Shown here: piece after piece, positions 49,463-61,988 of the stretch | Numbering within the stretch: position 1 is the first letter of the stretch | How the letters are laid out: each line of letters opens with the position of its first letter | Assembly (NCBI RefSeq): GCF_963921235.1 | Contig: NC_086109.1 | Location: 26,600,001 to 26,664,000 of the forward strand | Length of the DNA stretch: 64,000 bases | Source of the DNA: Mobula hypostoma | Taxonomy: Eukaryota | Reading direction: 5' to 3' | Position numbers and translations under genes: made by a program | Notes under the pieces: model-generated | The model's input: only the letters and a program-made list of their open reading frames with translations | Told to the model about the DNA's origin: nothing | The model's database searches: none

Positions 49463-51120
49463 TTGTATTGAATGCTGGAGCAGGTACAAGGGGCCAAATG
49501 CCCTACTCCTATTTCTTCAAGTAATTATGTTGTTATGGTTTTAAATCGGGTTCTGATTCCCAAATCTATGTTATTACTTTTTAATCTTGTAATGTGAAAC
49601 CACTGTAAGTACAGCTTAAATGATAACATCAGAGACTTAACTTGATATCACCATTACTTTAACAGGTCATAGTGTGTATAGGGTAATTTAAGTTATTCCT
49701 TCTTTCTGGAAAATTATAAATAAAATGTCATTACTTCGAAAGTGATGAGAAAGAGCAGGAAGTTATAGACCTGCCCGTACACTGTTGATTTTGAGGAAGT
49801 TATTGGAATGAATCACTGAGAGACGCTGGAGTTAAACAGATCAGGGAGCCAGCAAAAAATTCTAAAGAGTAGAATTTATCTGTCATATTTTTTTTTGAGG
49901 AAGCTGCCAAGGGAGTGGAGAGGATGGTGGTTTAATCAGCTACTGCAACTTGCCCCTGGTGTAGTTGGATGTAAGAGAATCAGAGTGGGAGAGTGGGAAT
50001 GTTACTTGGCATGTGAGAGAGAATAGATTATAGGGTAAAGAGGGGAAATGGGAGCCAGCATTGACTTGATGGACTGCATGGCCTGTGTTTTAAGGCACTA
50101 ACTGCAATGGCAATAAAATTCATATGAACTTTAGAAAAACTTTCTGCAAGATGTTGAAAAGTTTAATTTGCTCCTTCAATATTCTTTAACTCCAAGATTT
50201 AAGATTACTAACTAAACTTAAAGCTCATGGAACTGAGGGAAAAAATATTGAACTGGTTGTGATCAAATGAAAATGTTACATTTAGCTGGGGTCTAAAATA
50301 TTCATTATATTTGACAATGATAGAGATAGCACAACAAAATTTCATGATGACCCTCAGGTTGCTGGTATAGCAAGTTATTTATATTTGGCAGTATAATAAA
50401 AGATGTGAATTAGGCACTTTGGGCAAAACTATTAGTTGGATTTCAACGGAGCATCAAAATGTGAGATCCTTTTTGAAAAAGGAAGATATTGATATGCTTT
50501 AGAGACAACAAAAAAATCAAAAAGATAAATATAATGGTCAGGGAGATTTGAACAATTTGCTAGTAGCTTTAAGGTTCCAAAGACATTAAAATTCAATGTT
50601 GTGGCTACTACCTTCACAGTGACTAATGCACCTCTCCCTGTAGGCCGTGTTATGAGACTTACACGTGGATGGAAGTAATAAATTGTGTGACATTTATGAA
50701 CAGTTTGTAGGAGGCTTAATAAGAATTTTATGAACCTTGCAAAGGATATTTCTTTGTTTAGTGGCTGCCTGCAAGGAGATGAATCTCAAGGTTGTATAAT
50801 ATATACATATTTTGATAATAAATGCACTTTGAACATTTGAGCAGTGTCCAAAGGTTCTGTTGGAAAATATGGTTAATATGTCATCAGTTGATCTGAAAGG
50901 AAAATTAATCATTATGTATTCCTTTTCCCATTTTAATGTTGTTTTTTGGCTTCTTAGAGTTTTTTTGTATCTATATGTCCTGCTGTCTGTACTTAATATC
51001 ATTAGAAGCAAGTTCTAGTTGGAATAAAAATAATACTTGTTCACAGTAGATGGAGAGATATGGGATAAGAAGTGTGTATGAAGTGCAGGCACTGTTTAGA
51101 CATGACTTATTGACAGACAG

Positions 51121-51380
51121 GCAACACATACAAAATGCTGGAGGAACTCAGCAGGCTAGGCAGCATGTATGGAAAAGACATTTCAGACTCAGACCCTTTT
51201 TCAGGAGGTCTGATGAAGGGTTTCAGCCCAAAGTGTCGACTGTCAATCCTGATGAAGGGTCTCGGCCTGAAATGTCGACTGTTTACTCTTTTCCATAGAT
51301 ACTGCCTGATCTGATGTGTTCCTCCAGCATTTTGCGCAGGTTGCTTGGATTTCCAGCAACTGCAGATTTTCTCTTCTTCG
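51121..51380. mobile_element. Fold-back Penelope-like insertion with tandem hammerhead motifs
   Basis: Perfect 14-bp TSD ttattgacagacag (51107-51120 / 51381-51394). CTGATGA at 51210-51216 and 51249-51255. Confidence 0.85.
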
Positions 51381-54300
51381 TTATTGACAGACAGAATAGG
51401 TTTGAAGATTCAGATGGCCTAGTTTAATCCTTGTAATTTAATCCGGAATATCCAAGGCTATCTAAACTGGACTGACACAGATGCCAAAATATTAAATTGG
51501 AAAGTTTAATTTGCCCCTCTAACACCCCCATCTCTAAGATGACTAAGTTTTAAGATCCGCCTACTTAAAAATGTCTAAATCTAGAAGCATGTTTTGTTAT
51601 CAGGAACCAACTGGTCTACTTGTATTGCCTTTAATGAGGATGTTGTGTCATGTATGTGTATTGTATACAAATTAAGTCAGTCTGCTGCTTTCCTTGTAAG
51701 GCCAATAGTGAAAAAGATGACAGTGTTCAAGACCATTGTCAAAGGAGCAGATGTCTATCATAGTGTGATCTCCATATGGTGAAACATAATCACTTAATCC
51801 TGCAGCGCTTTCCTGTTCTTATTCCAGTAATCAAGTTGCTGCCAGTGCAACATCAGCTGGTCGCTGAGTTTGCAGCAATTAGGATGAAAGGCCTGGTGTT
51901 TTTTTTTATATACCTGGAGCTATACCTTCAAAAGCTCCGTATGGAAGTATGCAAGATACCTAATTAAATAACAAGGTGTTGTTTTGCGTTTTGTGGGCTT
52001 CTGCCATGGCAACAGGTCACAAGGGCAAAGGTTCAGGAAAAACTGCAATCAACAGCTAAAATGAGCTGCCTGCAAGAACTGTCAATAACATAAACGTAAC
52101 CCATTTTTAAAGTAACTGGACAGGAAAAGCATTTGAGTTTTAATACTGGAAATGTGAGATCAAATGGACTTGGTGTGGTAGTAATGTTTTGATAGGAAAA
52201 GTTAGGGATAAGAGAATTACTGTTTACTCCATCGACTCAAACCTCCTTCCTCTCCTCCAGCATTATTGGTGAATACACTTTCAGTCAAGTTTTTTCCAAA
52301 CTTGCTGAGTCTTAAATGGGCTAAATCTTTTTTCCCATTAATTTCCATTTACATTGCAGCCTCTAGTTTCTTGGTATATTTTTAAGTTGCATTTGGTTCG
52401 TATCATCAAATTATAATTCATATATAGAAATGAAGTCTTTATTCTAGACAACACAGCTGAAGCATCTCCAAAACCTATCTCATTTACACCAAATATTAAG
52501 TCTCTCTTTTCTCCACAGTAGCTATTAAATGCAAATGCTATATATTTTTCTTTGAGGGACCAGGCATTCTAAAGTTAAATCAGTTGGACCACAAGCAACC
52601 CAATTTTGTTGAATGTGGTCTTTCTAGATGAGAAGTAGAATATGAAAACTTTTTGAATTTTTACCCCATAGCTTTCAAAGTCTATGGTGCCTTGAAATTA
52701 ATGGAGTGGTAATAATTGCCTTGTTTCGACCAAGCAACAAATGGGGTGGGGATGGAATTTCACTTGGAAAAAACATCACAACATTGGGAGCCTTTGCTTT
52801 AAGAGATCACTGTTGCAATTTTCTGCAATTGATAAGACTTGGGTACAGGTTGTCGCTGCTTGCCAACTTCTAATGTAGTGTTTTCTGAGTTCTCTTTCTA
52901 TGGCAGCAACATTGCAGAGAGAGAGAAGAAATGGAAAAGGTGGAAATCTGAGACATGGGATGGGTTAAATGACTCAATATTCTATAATTCAGAAATAGAC
53001 AGATGTGCCAGTGGGGTAATTTGAATTACCTGTAATTCCTGACTTGCTGTGTGATTTGCTAGTAGTTTTTTTTACTGTGAATGAAAAACAAAGGCAGTTG
53101 GTCATGATGTCTTAATACTATTTTTTGTCTATAAGTTATAAGCACACACCGTATATCCTTATGATGTGGTAATGTTGGCATTTATAGCAGATAAATTATT
53201 CCAGCAGCAGACGGAATCTCAAAGAAAAAAAATCTTCGTCCAGTTTATGTCAGAAATGGGTTCAACATCTCACTCTGTGCAAAACAATATTTCAGAGCTA
53301 CTTGGACATGATTGTTTTTTTTCTAATTAGGTTTCTAGGCTCATGATTTTCAACTGTGTGTGTAGCAGTGTAATGTATGGACTAGATAGCACCATCCCAT
53401 AATGTGCAATGCCCTTCTGCATTCCAACTCCAAGACTTTTAGTTCCATATGTGTAGCCTTAACTGGCTCCCTTTGCGTGACCCCTCCCACCTCACTACCT
53501 GACGTGCTCGCCTTTGCCGACAACATTGTTCTTTCCTCACCATCCAACCTCTTCCCCCTCCCCACCCCCATGATCAATCAATAAATACTTTATCCTCTGC
53601 TAACAATCCTTGATACACAATCCTTGCCTCATCCCTTCTACATTATGGCCTGATCCTTGATCTGACTTTTGGACTATGTAAAAGAAAGGCTTTACATCAG
53701 GCCTAATCTATGACAGAATAACTGCTTGCTTAACTCACTACTGAAGGCTCTGGCAAGATCTGAGGCCATCTCCTATAGACTTCAGCCATCTGTTGCAGCA
53801 TTGTGTTATCTTCATAAATAAACAGTAAATCAATCAAATCTTTGTTTTCGTTATTTCCTATCATAAACTGTTAGGTGTCATAATGCTGGTACTGATATTA
53901 TCCTGACATCCTATAAATATACTGGTGAGGAAGCTTGTCTAGACTTTGAAATGGGATCAGAGACCTTTAAGTGCTCATAATTCCAACGATCAAAATTAAT
54001 CTCTGTATTTTTTCATTTTTGCCACCTCCCAAAGACTTGTATCTGTTAATCTCATCCCCATTTGCTCAATTAACTAGATATTATAGAGATGATTTTATCC
54101 CACTCTACACTAATTCCTCTAATGTATAAATGATTATTAGAAATTATCTGTGAAGCTTTGAATACTTTTCTCGTTGAATTAAATACTTTTTAGTTAAAAA
54201 AAAAGATCCTACTTTGATCTAAGCTTGCTTTCCCGGGTTTATTTTACTTGATAATTTGTTTTTTTTTAAAGATTCATACACCAATGTCAAACAGTTCCAA

Positions 54301-54684
54301 TGACACTGCCTTCGGTAGTGAGCTTTCTGCCTGAGAGGAGAGATCACATTTATGCTAACAAAAATTGCGGGTCAGGGAGTCCAGCCTTGCCAGATTTTCT
54401 GACTTGAAAGAACTGCTAAGATGGCTTATCCGGCATTTCTGCATTTGATCCATTGCCATTTGACTTGAGCAGACACCTGCTTTCCTCACTCTGCTGGAGA
54501 GAGATTCTGGCTTCAAAATGTGATAAGATGAACTTCAGTAAAAAATTGCTCTTCAGAATAGTAAATCCTTTCTTCAAGAAATAAATTATCTATCAGATGA
54601 GGGCTACTTTAATGTGCTTCTGATATATATCACAGAAACAACAATTTGTATTTACATAGCATTTTTAACTTGGTTTCCTGTTCC

Positions 54685-54880
54685 AGGGCTGGTGTAGTGG
54701 CATCAGCACTGGACTCCAAGGTAGATGGTCCTGAGTTCAAACCCAGCCTGGGCAGCGGCTGTATCTGCGGGGAAGAAAGGCCTGGCAATCTGCTTCTGTA
54801 CCTTTGCCATGAAAACCCTATAGACCCCATGGTCCATGACGTCACGAAGAGTCGGATTCAACTTAACGACTGAACAACAA
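54685..54880 (+). mobile_element. tRNA-head SINE with RTE-like tail
   Basis: ggtgtagtggcatcagc A-box, gagttcaaaccc B-box, tail gtcacgaagagtcgg...gactgaacaacaa. Confidence 0.7.
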
Positions 54881-54984
54881 ATCCTGTTCCAATGCTGTTC
54901 TCATTCTCATAAAGATTGGTGGTAACTGTGGGGGAAATTATTTTTTTCAGAAAACCTTAGGTAATGCTCTAATTGTAGAGGGAG

Positions 54985-56805
54985 AATCAGAATCAGGTTT
55001 AATATCACTGCATATGCCATGTAATTTGATGTGTTGTGGCAGTAGTACATCGCAATGCATAATAAAACTATTAATTACAATGAGTATACAATAAAAAGTC
55101 AATTAAATAAGTAATGCAAAAAGAGAGGGGGGAAAATAGTGAGGTGGCGTTCATGGGTTTATTTGTCCATTCAGAAATTTGGTGGCGGAGAGGACGAAGC
55201 TGGTCTCGAATTATTGAGAGCGTGTCTTCAGTCTCCTATGCCTCCTCCATAATGGTAAGGATGAGAAGAGGGTATGTCCTGGGTAAGGGGGGGGGGGGTT
55301 CTTGACGATGGATGCCACCATTTTGAGACATTGCCTTTAGAAGGTGTCGGACGCAGGGTTGGCTAGTGCCCATGATGAACCTGTCTGAGTTTACAACTTT
55401 CTGACCCTGTGCAGTGGCCACTCCACACCAGACTGTGTTGCAACCAATTGGAATGTTCTCCATGGTGCATCTGTAGAAATTTCCGCGTGTCTTTGGTGAC
55501 ATACCAAGTCTCCTCAAACTCTGCTGTCGTGCCTTCTTCGTAACTGCATCAATATGTTGGGCCCAGGATAGACCCTTGGAGATATTGACACTCAGGAACT
55601 TGAAACTGCTCACCCTTTCCACTTTTGATCTCTATGAGGGCTGATGTGTGTTCCCTCGACTTCCCCTTCCTGAAGTCCACAATCAATTCCTTGGTCTTAC
55701 TGATGATGAGTGCAAGGTTGTGGTGCGACACCACTCAAACAGCTGCTATATCTTGCTCCTGTATGCTGCATTGTCACCATCAGAAATTCTGTCAACAATA
55801 GTTGTGTCATCAGCAAATTTATAGATGGCATTTGGGCTGTGCCAAGTGTGACGAGAATACACATAAATTAAGATGTTAGCTGGCCTGGGCCGGCACCAGT
55901 GGGATCAGCAGTTGGTCTGCCACCTGTCTTCAGGAGAAAGAGAGATAAGGAAAACAATGGAGCAGCATTTGGAGATGTTAATGAAGGGACGGGAGGGAGT
56001 AACGGAAGGAGAGCTGTCAAGATCAGCTTCCCCTTTGAACCCTGAACTGTTTGAAGTGATGGACAGGCGATACCCCAGCAGGGGGATAAAAAGGGATAGG
56101 TTCGCTAAGGCAACACACACATGACACCCCGAGGTAACGAGACCCTGGAAGCGGTGCGTCTCTCACAAGTTGGTGGGAAGTTTTGGACGGCTGGTCGCGG
56201 GATCAAGCCATAGACGCACAGGGTGGAAAGGCACGATCGGCGGGAACCTGGTGTGTGTCCGCCCTTGCCTGGGTGCCAGGTTCACCGCAGAGAAACGATC
56301 GTGTCTGGAAACGGAGGGGTCACGGTCGGTGACCTCAGATGACATCACAAAGGGCTTGCACGAAAGCTGACTGCGAAGAATATCGAAGGTCTGTGTGGAA
56401 GCCGTTTTGAATATTCATTCGTTTTGCTCTCTCTCTCCTTCCCCCCACTGTGCATCTCCCACGGCAGCGATTACTGCGAACTGAACTGAACTAAATTGAA
56501 CTGAACTTTGCGTCACTTTGAAACTGGTCATTTACCCCTAGACAACGATAGAGCTTGATTGATCCTGTTATCTTAATTCTGTGTACATGTATGTTTATCA
56601 TTGCTGAACTGTTGCATTCATTATCCTTTTGATTAGAGTACTGTGTTGCTTGTTTCTTTAATAAAACTTTCTTAATTCTAGTAATCCAGACTCTTAACTG
56701 AGTGATCCATTTCTGCTGGTTTGGCAGAAATGTAACACAAGGTACGTAACACAAGCCACACAGGGTATGTAACACAAGCCACACAGTCGTGGGTGTAAAG
56801 GTGGA
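54985..56805 (-). mobile_element. Rex1/Babar-like LINE interrupted by a solo LTR
   Basis: Minus-strand pieces NAIYKFADDTTIV, ISKTKELIVDFRK, ERVSSFKFL, NFYRCTMENI. RT sequence resumes beyond the LTR (ccacacagtcgtgggtgtaaag = LYTHDCV). Confidence 0.8.
55847..56774 (+). mobile_element. Solo LTR, same family as 13608-14501
   Basis: tgtgacgag start, gtaaca end, TSD CAAG (55843-55846; repeated after the end). TATA-like gataaaaag ~56085, AATAAA 56660-56665. Confidence 0.88.
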
Positions 56806-57387
56806 GAGGTTTCGGACTTGCGTGAATGAAAGTATAGCCAGCAATGATGGACAGATGTTGAGGGTGTAAAAGGCAATGAATTCAAGCAGTACTGAATACT
56901 CAACAGTTACTCCCACCACAATAGTAATTCAACATACAATACACTTTGAAGAAAATCATATTCTAGATTTGCGTTTACTGAAAACAACATTGATTGTGTT
57001 TTAATTTCTAAAATATCCAAATGGAAGTTTTGACAAACTATTGCCGTTGATGTTCACATTACACAGGGTGGGACTCCAATCAACAAAACTAAGAATGGCC
57101 TGGACATGGATTCTAGGATTTTGCTGGGATCTTACTTCCCTTGGAAGCTAAAAGCATTTTTATAAGAGTAAACCTGTAGAGGAGAATGGTGCCATTTGTG
57201 TAAACAGCTTTCTTTGTTTTGCCAACCAGGTTGTAGATGTAAAGCTTGTCTGTACAGTGGGAAAATATGAACTGAAGCATATAGAGGTTTTTAAGATTAA
57301 AGGGCTGATCTGTACCGGAATACCAAGTTGATCTTTCCTTTCTGTCAGGATTTTAGTTCAACTATGTTCTTAATTCCACTGGAAGTA

Positions 57388-58322
57388 AGGTGGAATCCAG
57401 TTAATTGGACCATCAATTAATTGGGACAGCTGCTTATCTGGGACAACTCTTAAAGAACAAAAAAGTAATTGAGAAAATAGAGGCTTATTTTGAACACTAT
57501 GCTGCTTAATTGGAGCAGGAGACTATTGCTGAACAGTTTCTAACTAGTGTCAGATGCGTGCGCTTGAGTGGCTGTTGGACGCAACACCATACTTCGAGTG
57601 ATCAATGTTTAAATAGCATCAGTTGCTTGTGTTTGTGTTCAAAAAGCCATGATTTTTGTCAGTGATAGCTGACGAGAAATAAGCAGTAAGACAATTCAGG
57701 CCTATTTTGCTTACCGCGGTTTCAAATATTCATGCTTGGTAATGCCAAAAGCGGCTGGGAGTGAAAATGGAACCATTTCACTTCTTCAACAAGTTAGAAA
57801 CTACAAAAAATTTGAAGGTATCAACAATCATCTTGAATGTTACAATGAAAATGAAGATTAGGAGGATGCAATTATTGACAGCATTGTATGAGGGCAGTCC
57901 ATGATTAGAACTTCAGCGTCTGAACTGATTTTGCTAATTTACAGTCAAATGAACTTGATATGGATGAATTGCTTGGTAAATAAGTATTGGGAACTTGTAC
58001 AGTTTTATAGCCAGCCAGTGATGTAGTGGCATCTGCACCAGACTTTGAGGCGAGTGGTCCCAGGGTCAAATCTGGCTGATTCCTTGCATGCTTTCCATCC
58101 AAGCTGGGCTGAGTGTCGAGCTAGCAGCTCGGCATTGTAAAAAAAACAGATAAATGTTAAAGAAATGGTAAGGTTGCTGCCTGGTGTGCCACAAGGCACA
58201 GAGAGGAACATGGTTTTTTAGTATGGCAGTAGCATTGGTAGTGTTTTAAATTGTTGTGTATTTCCTTTAAATACACAATTTGTTAATTAGTACTTAGTCT
58301 TTTTTTATATATCTATTTAACT
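57388..58322 (+). mobile_element. Tigger-type non-autonomous element related to 6129-7405, with nested SINE
   Basis: Shares aattgggacagctgcttat.tgggacaactcttaaagaacaaaa and right-hand sequence with the 6.1-7.4 kb element. Confidence 0.65.
58009..58210 (+). mobile_element. tRNA-head SINE
   Basis: gatgtagtggcatctgcacc A-box-like, gggtcaaatc B-box-like; body shared with 38402-38547. Confidence 0.65.
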
Positions 58323-60302
58323 CCTGAATAGGTTGGAGTAAAGGCCATCTTCAGTTATACTGGATGGACTTCCCCTACTTTTTAAATGGAAGTTCTGCTG
58401 CTGTTTGTTAATTAGTTTGCCCACTTAATGGTTTGTGTGCTGTTATGTAAAATTCAAGGCTATATCTGCTGAATATTTATAAATGTTTTATAACACAATC
58501 TTTAAACATGAAAGTGAATTGAACTTGATTGAACTCAGAAGCATCATTGTGTCATTTCACTGTGCAGTCAAAATAACATCGTTCTTGCCATTACCAGTTA
58601 ATAATGAATGAGACAATGGGGCTGTTGTTCCACTTTGGGTAGGATACAGAGTAAGTGGATAACTTCCACGATGGAAGGGAAAATGCCCGACGCAGGCCTC
58701 TCATGGTCTGAGTCGACGTTCCCTCTTTCATGGTGTTGTGGCTCTTCCTAAATGTCTGTTCCTTACCTGTGCTTTCTGACTTTTTCTGACAATATCGTTT
58801 GCCACCCACCCCACCTCCACCATCACCATCAAAGCAATTTCTGGGCAAAGACTCCTCCCAAATTCTGTGCCTGTATTAAGTTTGGATGCAGTTGGCTGAT
58901 TATTACATGCCACCTAACTGTTTATTTTCCATTAAGGAGGCAGCAGTGTGGAAGTCTTTGTACTTTCAAAAAGTTGGGACAGATCCAGCATTGACATAGG
59001 AATTTCTATTGTGCACTTGTATCATTTCCTGACCAATTAAGTGTCCTGTTAATTGCTTTCCTTCTGTGTTGAGGATTCAAAGCTAAAGGGCTCTGCTCAG
59101 ATTAAAATAATTGAGGAATTTCTAGTCACTTTATGTGCACAATGCATCAACAACATTGTTTTGAACATCATAATAGATTTCGGAATGGGTAATGAACCAA
59201 GCCATGAACACTACCTGGCTAATTTTGCCCTCTTTTTCAACTACTTATTTAATTTTTTAAATATGTATTGCTTCTTGTAACATTTATTTTTGTATGTATT
59301 GCACTGTACTGCTCCAACAGAACAACAAATTTCATGATGTATGTCAGCGATACTAACCTGATTCTGATTATCATTCACGCAATTTTTTTCAACTGCACCT
59401 GTGAAAATGATTTCCTTTGGCGTCAATGGGAATGCCAGTCCTTCGGAAGCTGCAAATATTTAATCTGGTGAGCGACATCTGGTTCTTTCCTCTTTGCTTT
59501 AAATTTAATTGGTCTGGCTGATTGTGACTATTCCAGAAATGCACATAATTTTTTTTTCCCCACAAATCTGCGAGCAGCTTTTGATCCTACCCCGAGCACA
59601 CCCTCACAAATAGATTTCAAGAGGGGGGTATGCAGCTGCATCGAGCATATGTCATTCCAAAGGTATTCTTTTGAGATGCACACATGACCTCGGTAGAGAG
59701 GGTGAGTGGGTGGGATTATGTAAAGGCTAATGACCCATTGAACTGCAGAGCTTCTGTTATTGTGAAAACCAACTCTGTACAGTTCCATTTTAATAGAAAC
59801 GCAAGAAACGTGGGAATGGGGAGTAGGCCATTCATATCCTCAAGTTTATTAAGCTGTTCAAATGAATTATATTTCATCTGTTGCTCAGTTCCATGTACTC
59901 ACTTTTGATCCACAAACATTTATGCTCCTGTCCACTGAAAATCATCTTTTCTTGACTGAAAATTCCTTATGATAAATTTTGAATGAGCGTCATTCTGAGT
60001 GTTATCGTAACACTTTAGATTCCTTAGATCTGTTCATTTAGCTCTTCTATAAGATAATTATGGAGTTTTTTTTTCTCTTCGCGACAAGGCTGGAGGGTAA
60101 AAAGCCACAATGGCAATTAGCAGTCTAAAGTCTGTGCAGATAAAGTCTCTGTTGTTATTATTCATTAATGAAGCCTGGTACTTTCTGAGAGTGCTTGATG
60201 TGCTTATAAAGTTTCAATACGGGACATTTTATGATGGGTTTAAAAGTTGAAAGAACAAAGGGCCAGTTTTCTATTAGTAGCCACCTACAACAATTTCTAT
60301 AA

Positions 60303-60810
60303 CACAAGAGATTCTGCAGATGCTGGAAACATTGAGTAACACACACACGAAGTGCTGAAGGAGCTCAGCAGCAAGTGTGGGCGGCATGGCAGTGTAACGC
60401 TATAACAGCGTCGCTGTAAGTTCGCGGTTCATTGCTCTCTGTAAGGAGTTTGTATGTTCTCCCAATGACTGTGTGGGTTTCCTCTGGGTGCTCTGGTTTC
60501 CTCCCATGTTCCAAAGATGCATGGTTCAGGTTAATGAGTTGAGGTCTTGCTATGAAGGTGTCAGTGGAACTTGAAGGCTGCCCAGCACAATCCTCACTGA
60601 CTGAATTTGACACAAACAGTGCATCTTACTGTAGATGTTTCAGTGTACGTGTGATAAATAAAGTTAACCTTTGAAGACGGGCATCATCCATAGAGGGTAT
60701 AAACAGTTAACATTTTGAGTCCCAAGGAAGGGTCTTGGCCAGAAATATTGACTGTGTATTCCCCTGCTACCTAACTTGCAGAGTTCCTCCAGAATTTTGT
60801 GAGTGTTTGT
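60303..60810. mobile_element. Fold-back Penelope-like insertion interrupted by a V-SINE (60378-60672, +)
   Basis: Flanks caacaatttctataa / cagcaatttctacaa; V-domain tgggtttcctctgggtgctctggtttcctccca. Confidence 0.7.
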
Positions 60811-60976
60811 CAGCAATTTCTACAATTTCCTGCTTCTTTTTAGATAAACCTTCTTCAGAAATCAATTTAGAGTCAGATATTTTCTCACATCCTGGTATGT
60901 TCTGTTTTGAAAATGTAACTAGCCATAAGTGTTGAGGTAGTTGTTGAAGGTGAAAAATATCATGGTTCCCTCAAAT

Positions 60977-61057
60977 CAGGGGCTCCCAACCTTTTTAATG
61001 CCATGGACCAATACCATTAAGCAAGGGGACTGTGTACCCCAGACTGGGCGCCCCCTG
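60977..61057. mobile_element. hAT mini-MITE
   Basis: caggggctcccaacc...gggcgccccctg; flanks cctcaaat / cctgaaaa. Confidence 0.7.
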
Positions 61058-61149
61058 CCTGAAAAGAAAAGGCACTCATAGGTAGTGTGTTTTGGTTTGT
61101 TTTAGTTCTCACGGTCAAAATACATGTGTTTACTCTTATCTACTCCTCA

Positions 61150-61297
61150 TCTTTTTTTTTCTCTCCAGTCCTGCCGAAGGGCCTTGGCCAGAAACGTGAA
61201 CTGTACCTTTTTCCATAGATGCCGCTCGGCCTGCTGAGTTCCTCCAGCATTTTGTGTGTGCTGCTTGGATTTCCAGTAGCTGCAGATTTTCTCTTGT
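61150..61297 (+). mobile_element. Penelope-like terminal repeat
   Basis: ccagtcctgccgaagggccttggccagaaacgtgaactg...ctgcagattttctcttg. Confidence 0.7.
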
Positions 61298-61677
61298 TTG
61301 TTTTTCCCCCATTCTTCAGATTATTCAATTAATCTCCCATCTGACGTTAGTCTCTGAAAGGCACTCTTCTAAAGGCTTCTGCTGGAATGCAGTTGCTTCA
61401 GTGCTGATGTCACCTAATTGCTTGTCAATTTGGCAAAGATACTTTTGGCAGACTAATCAACTAATTTTGTTCTCATTTGATATCAATTCAGGGCACACAT
61501 CTGTACCAGGAGCAACTGTGAGTCCAGAGAGGAACTCGCACTATATTTTGTAAAAGCATGTTAACTGTTGACATACGATTAATTAACATACCTGAATATT
61601 CTGCAACTACAGCAGTAACAATGACAGCATGGGCAAACACATAGCCAGTCTTTGTATTTAAAGTGATAAAGCGGGAT

Positions 61678-61988
61678 TAGTTTTTTTTGTTACATGTACA
61701 TCTAAACATACACTGAAAAGTGTCATTTGCATCAAATCAAATCAGCAAGGATTGTAATGGGCAGCCCACAAGTGCTGCCACTCTTCAGGTGCCAACATAG
61801 CAGGTCCACGATTCTCTAACCCTAACTGCACATCTTTGGACTGTGGGAGGAAACCGGAGCACCTGGAGGAAACACACGTGGTCACGGAGAATTTACAAAC
61901 TCCTTACAGACAGTGGTGGAAATTGAACTTGGTCTTGTGCCTGGCACTGCAAAGTATTGCACCAACCACTATGCTCTGGTGCTGCCAA
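61678..61988 (-). mobile_element. V-SINE
   Basis: tctttggactgtgggaggaaaccggagcacctggaggaaac, reverse V-domain. Confidence 0.75.

Noticed and set aside
13608..56774. The two LTRs as ends of one giant provirus or TIR element
   Set aside because: They are inverted, each has its own matching TSD (GTGT vs CAAG), and no gag/pol lies between them.
58760..58850. Strong minus-strand splice donor (CAG|GTAAGG) suggesting an exon
   Set aside because: No convincing acceptor or recognisable peptide; a lone donor is expected by chance in 64 kb.
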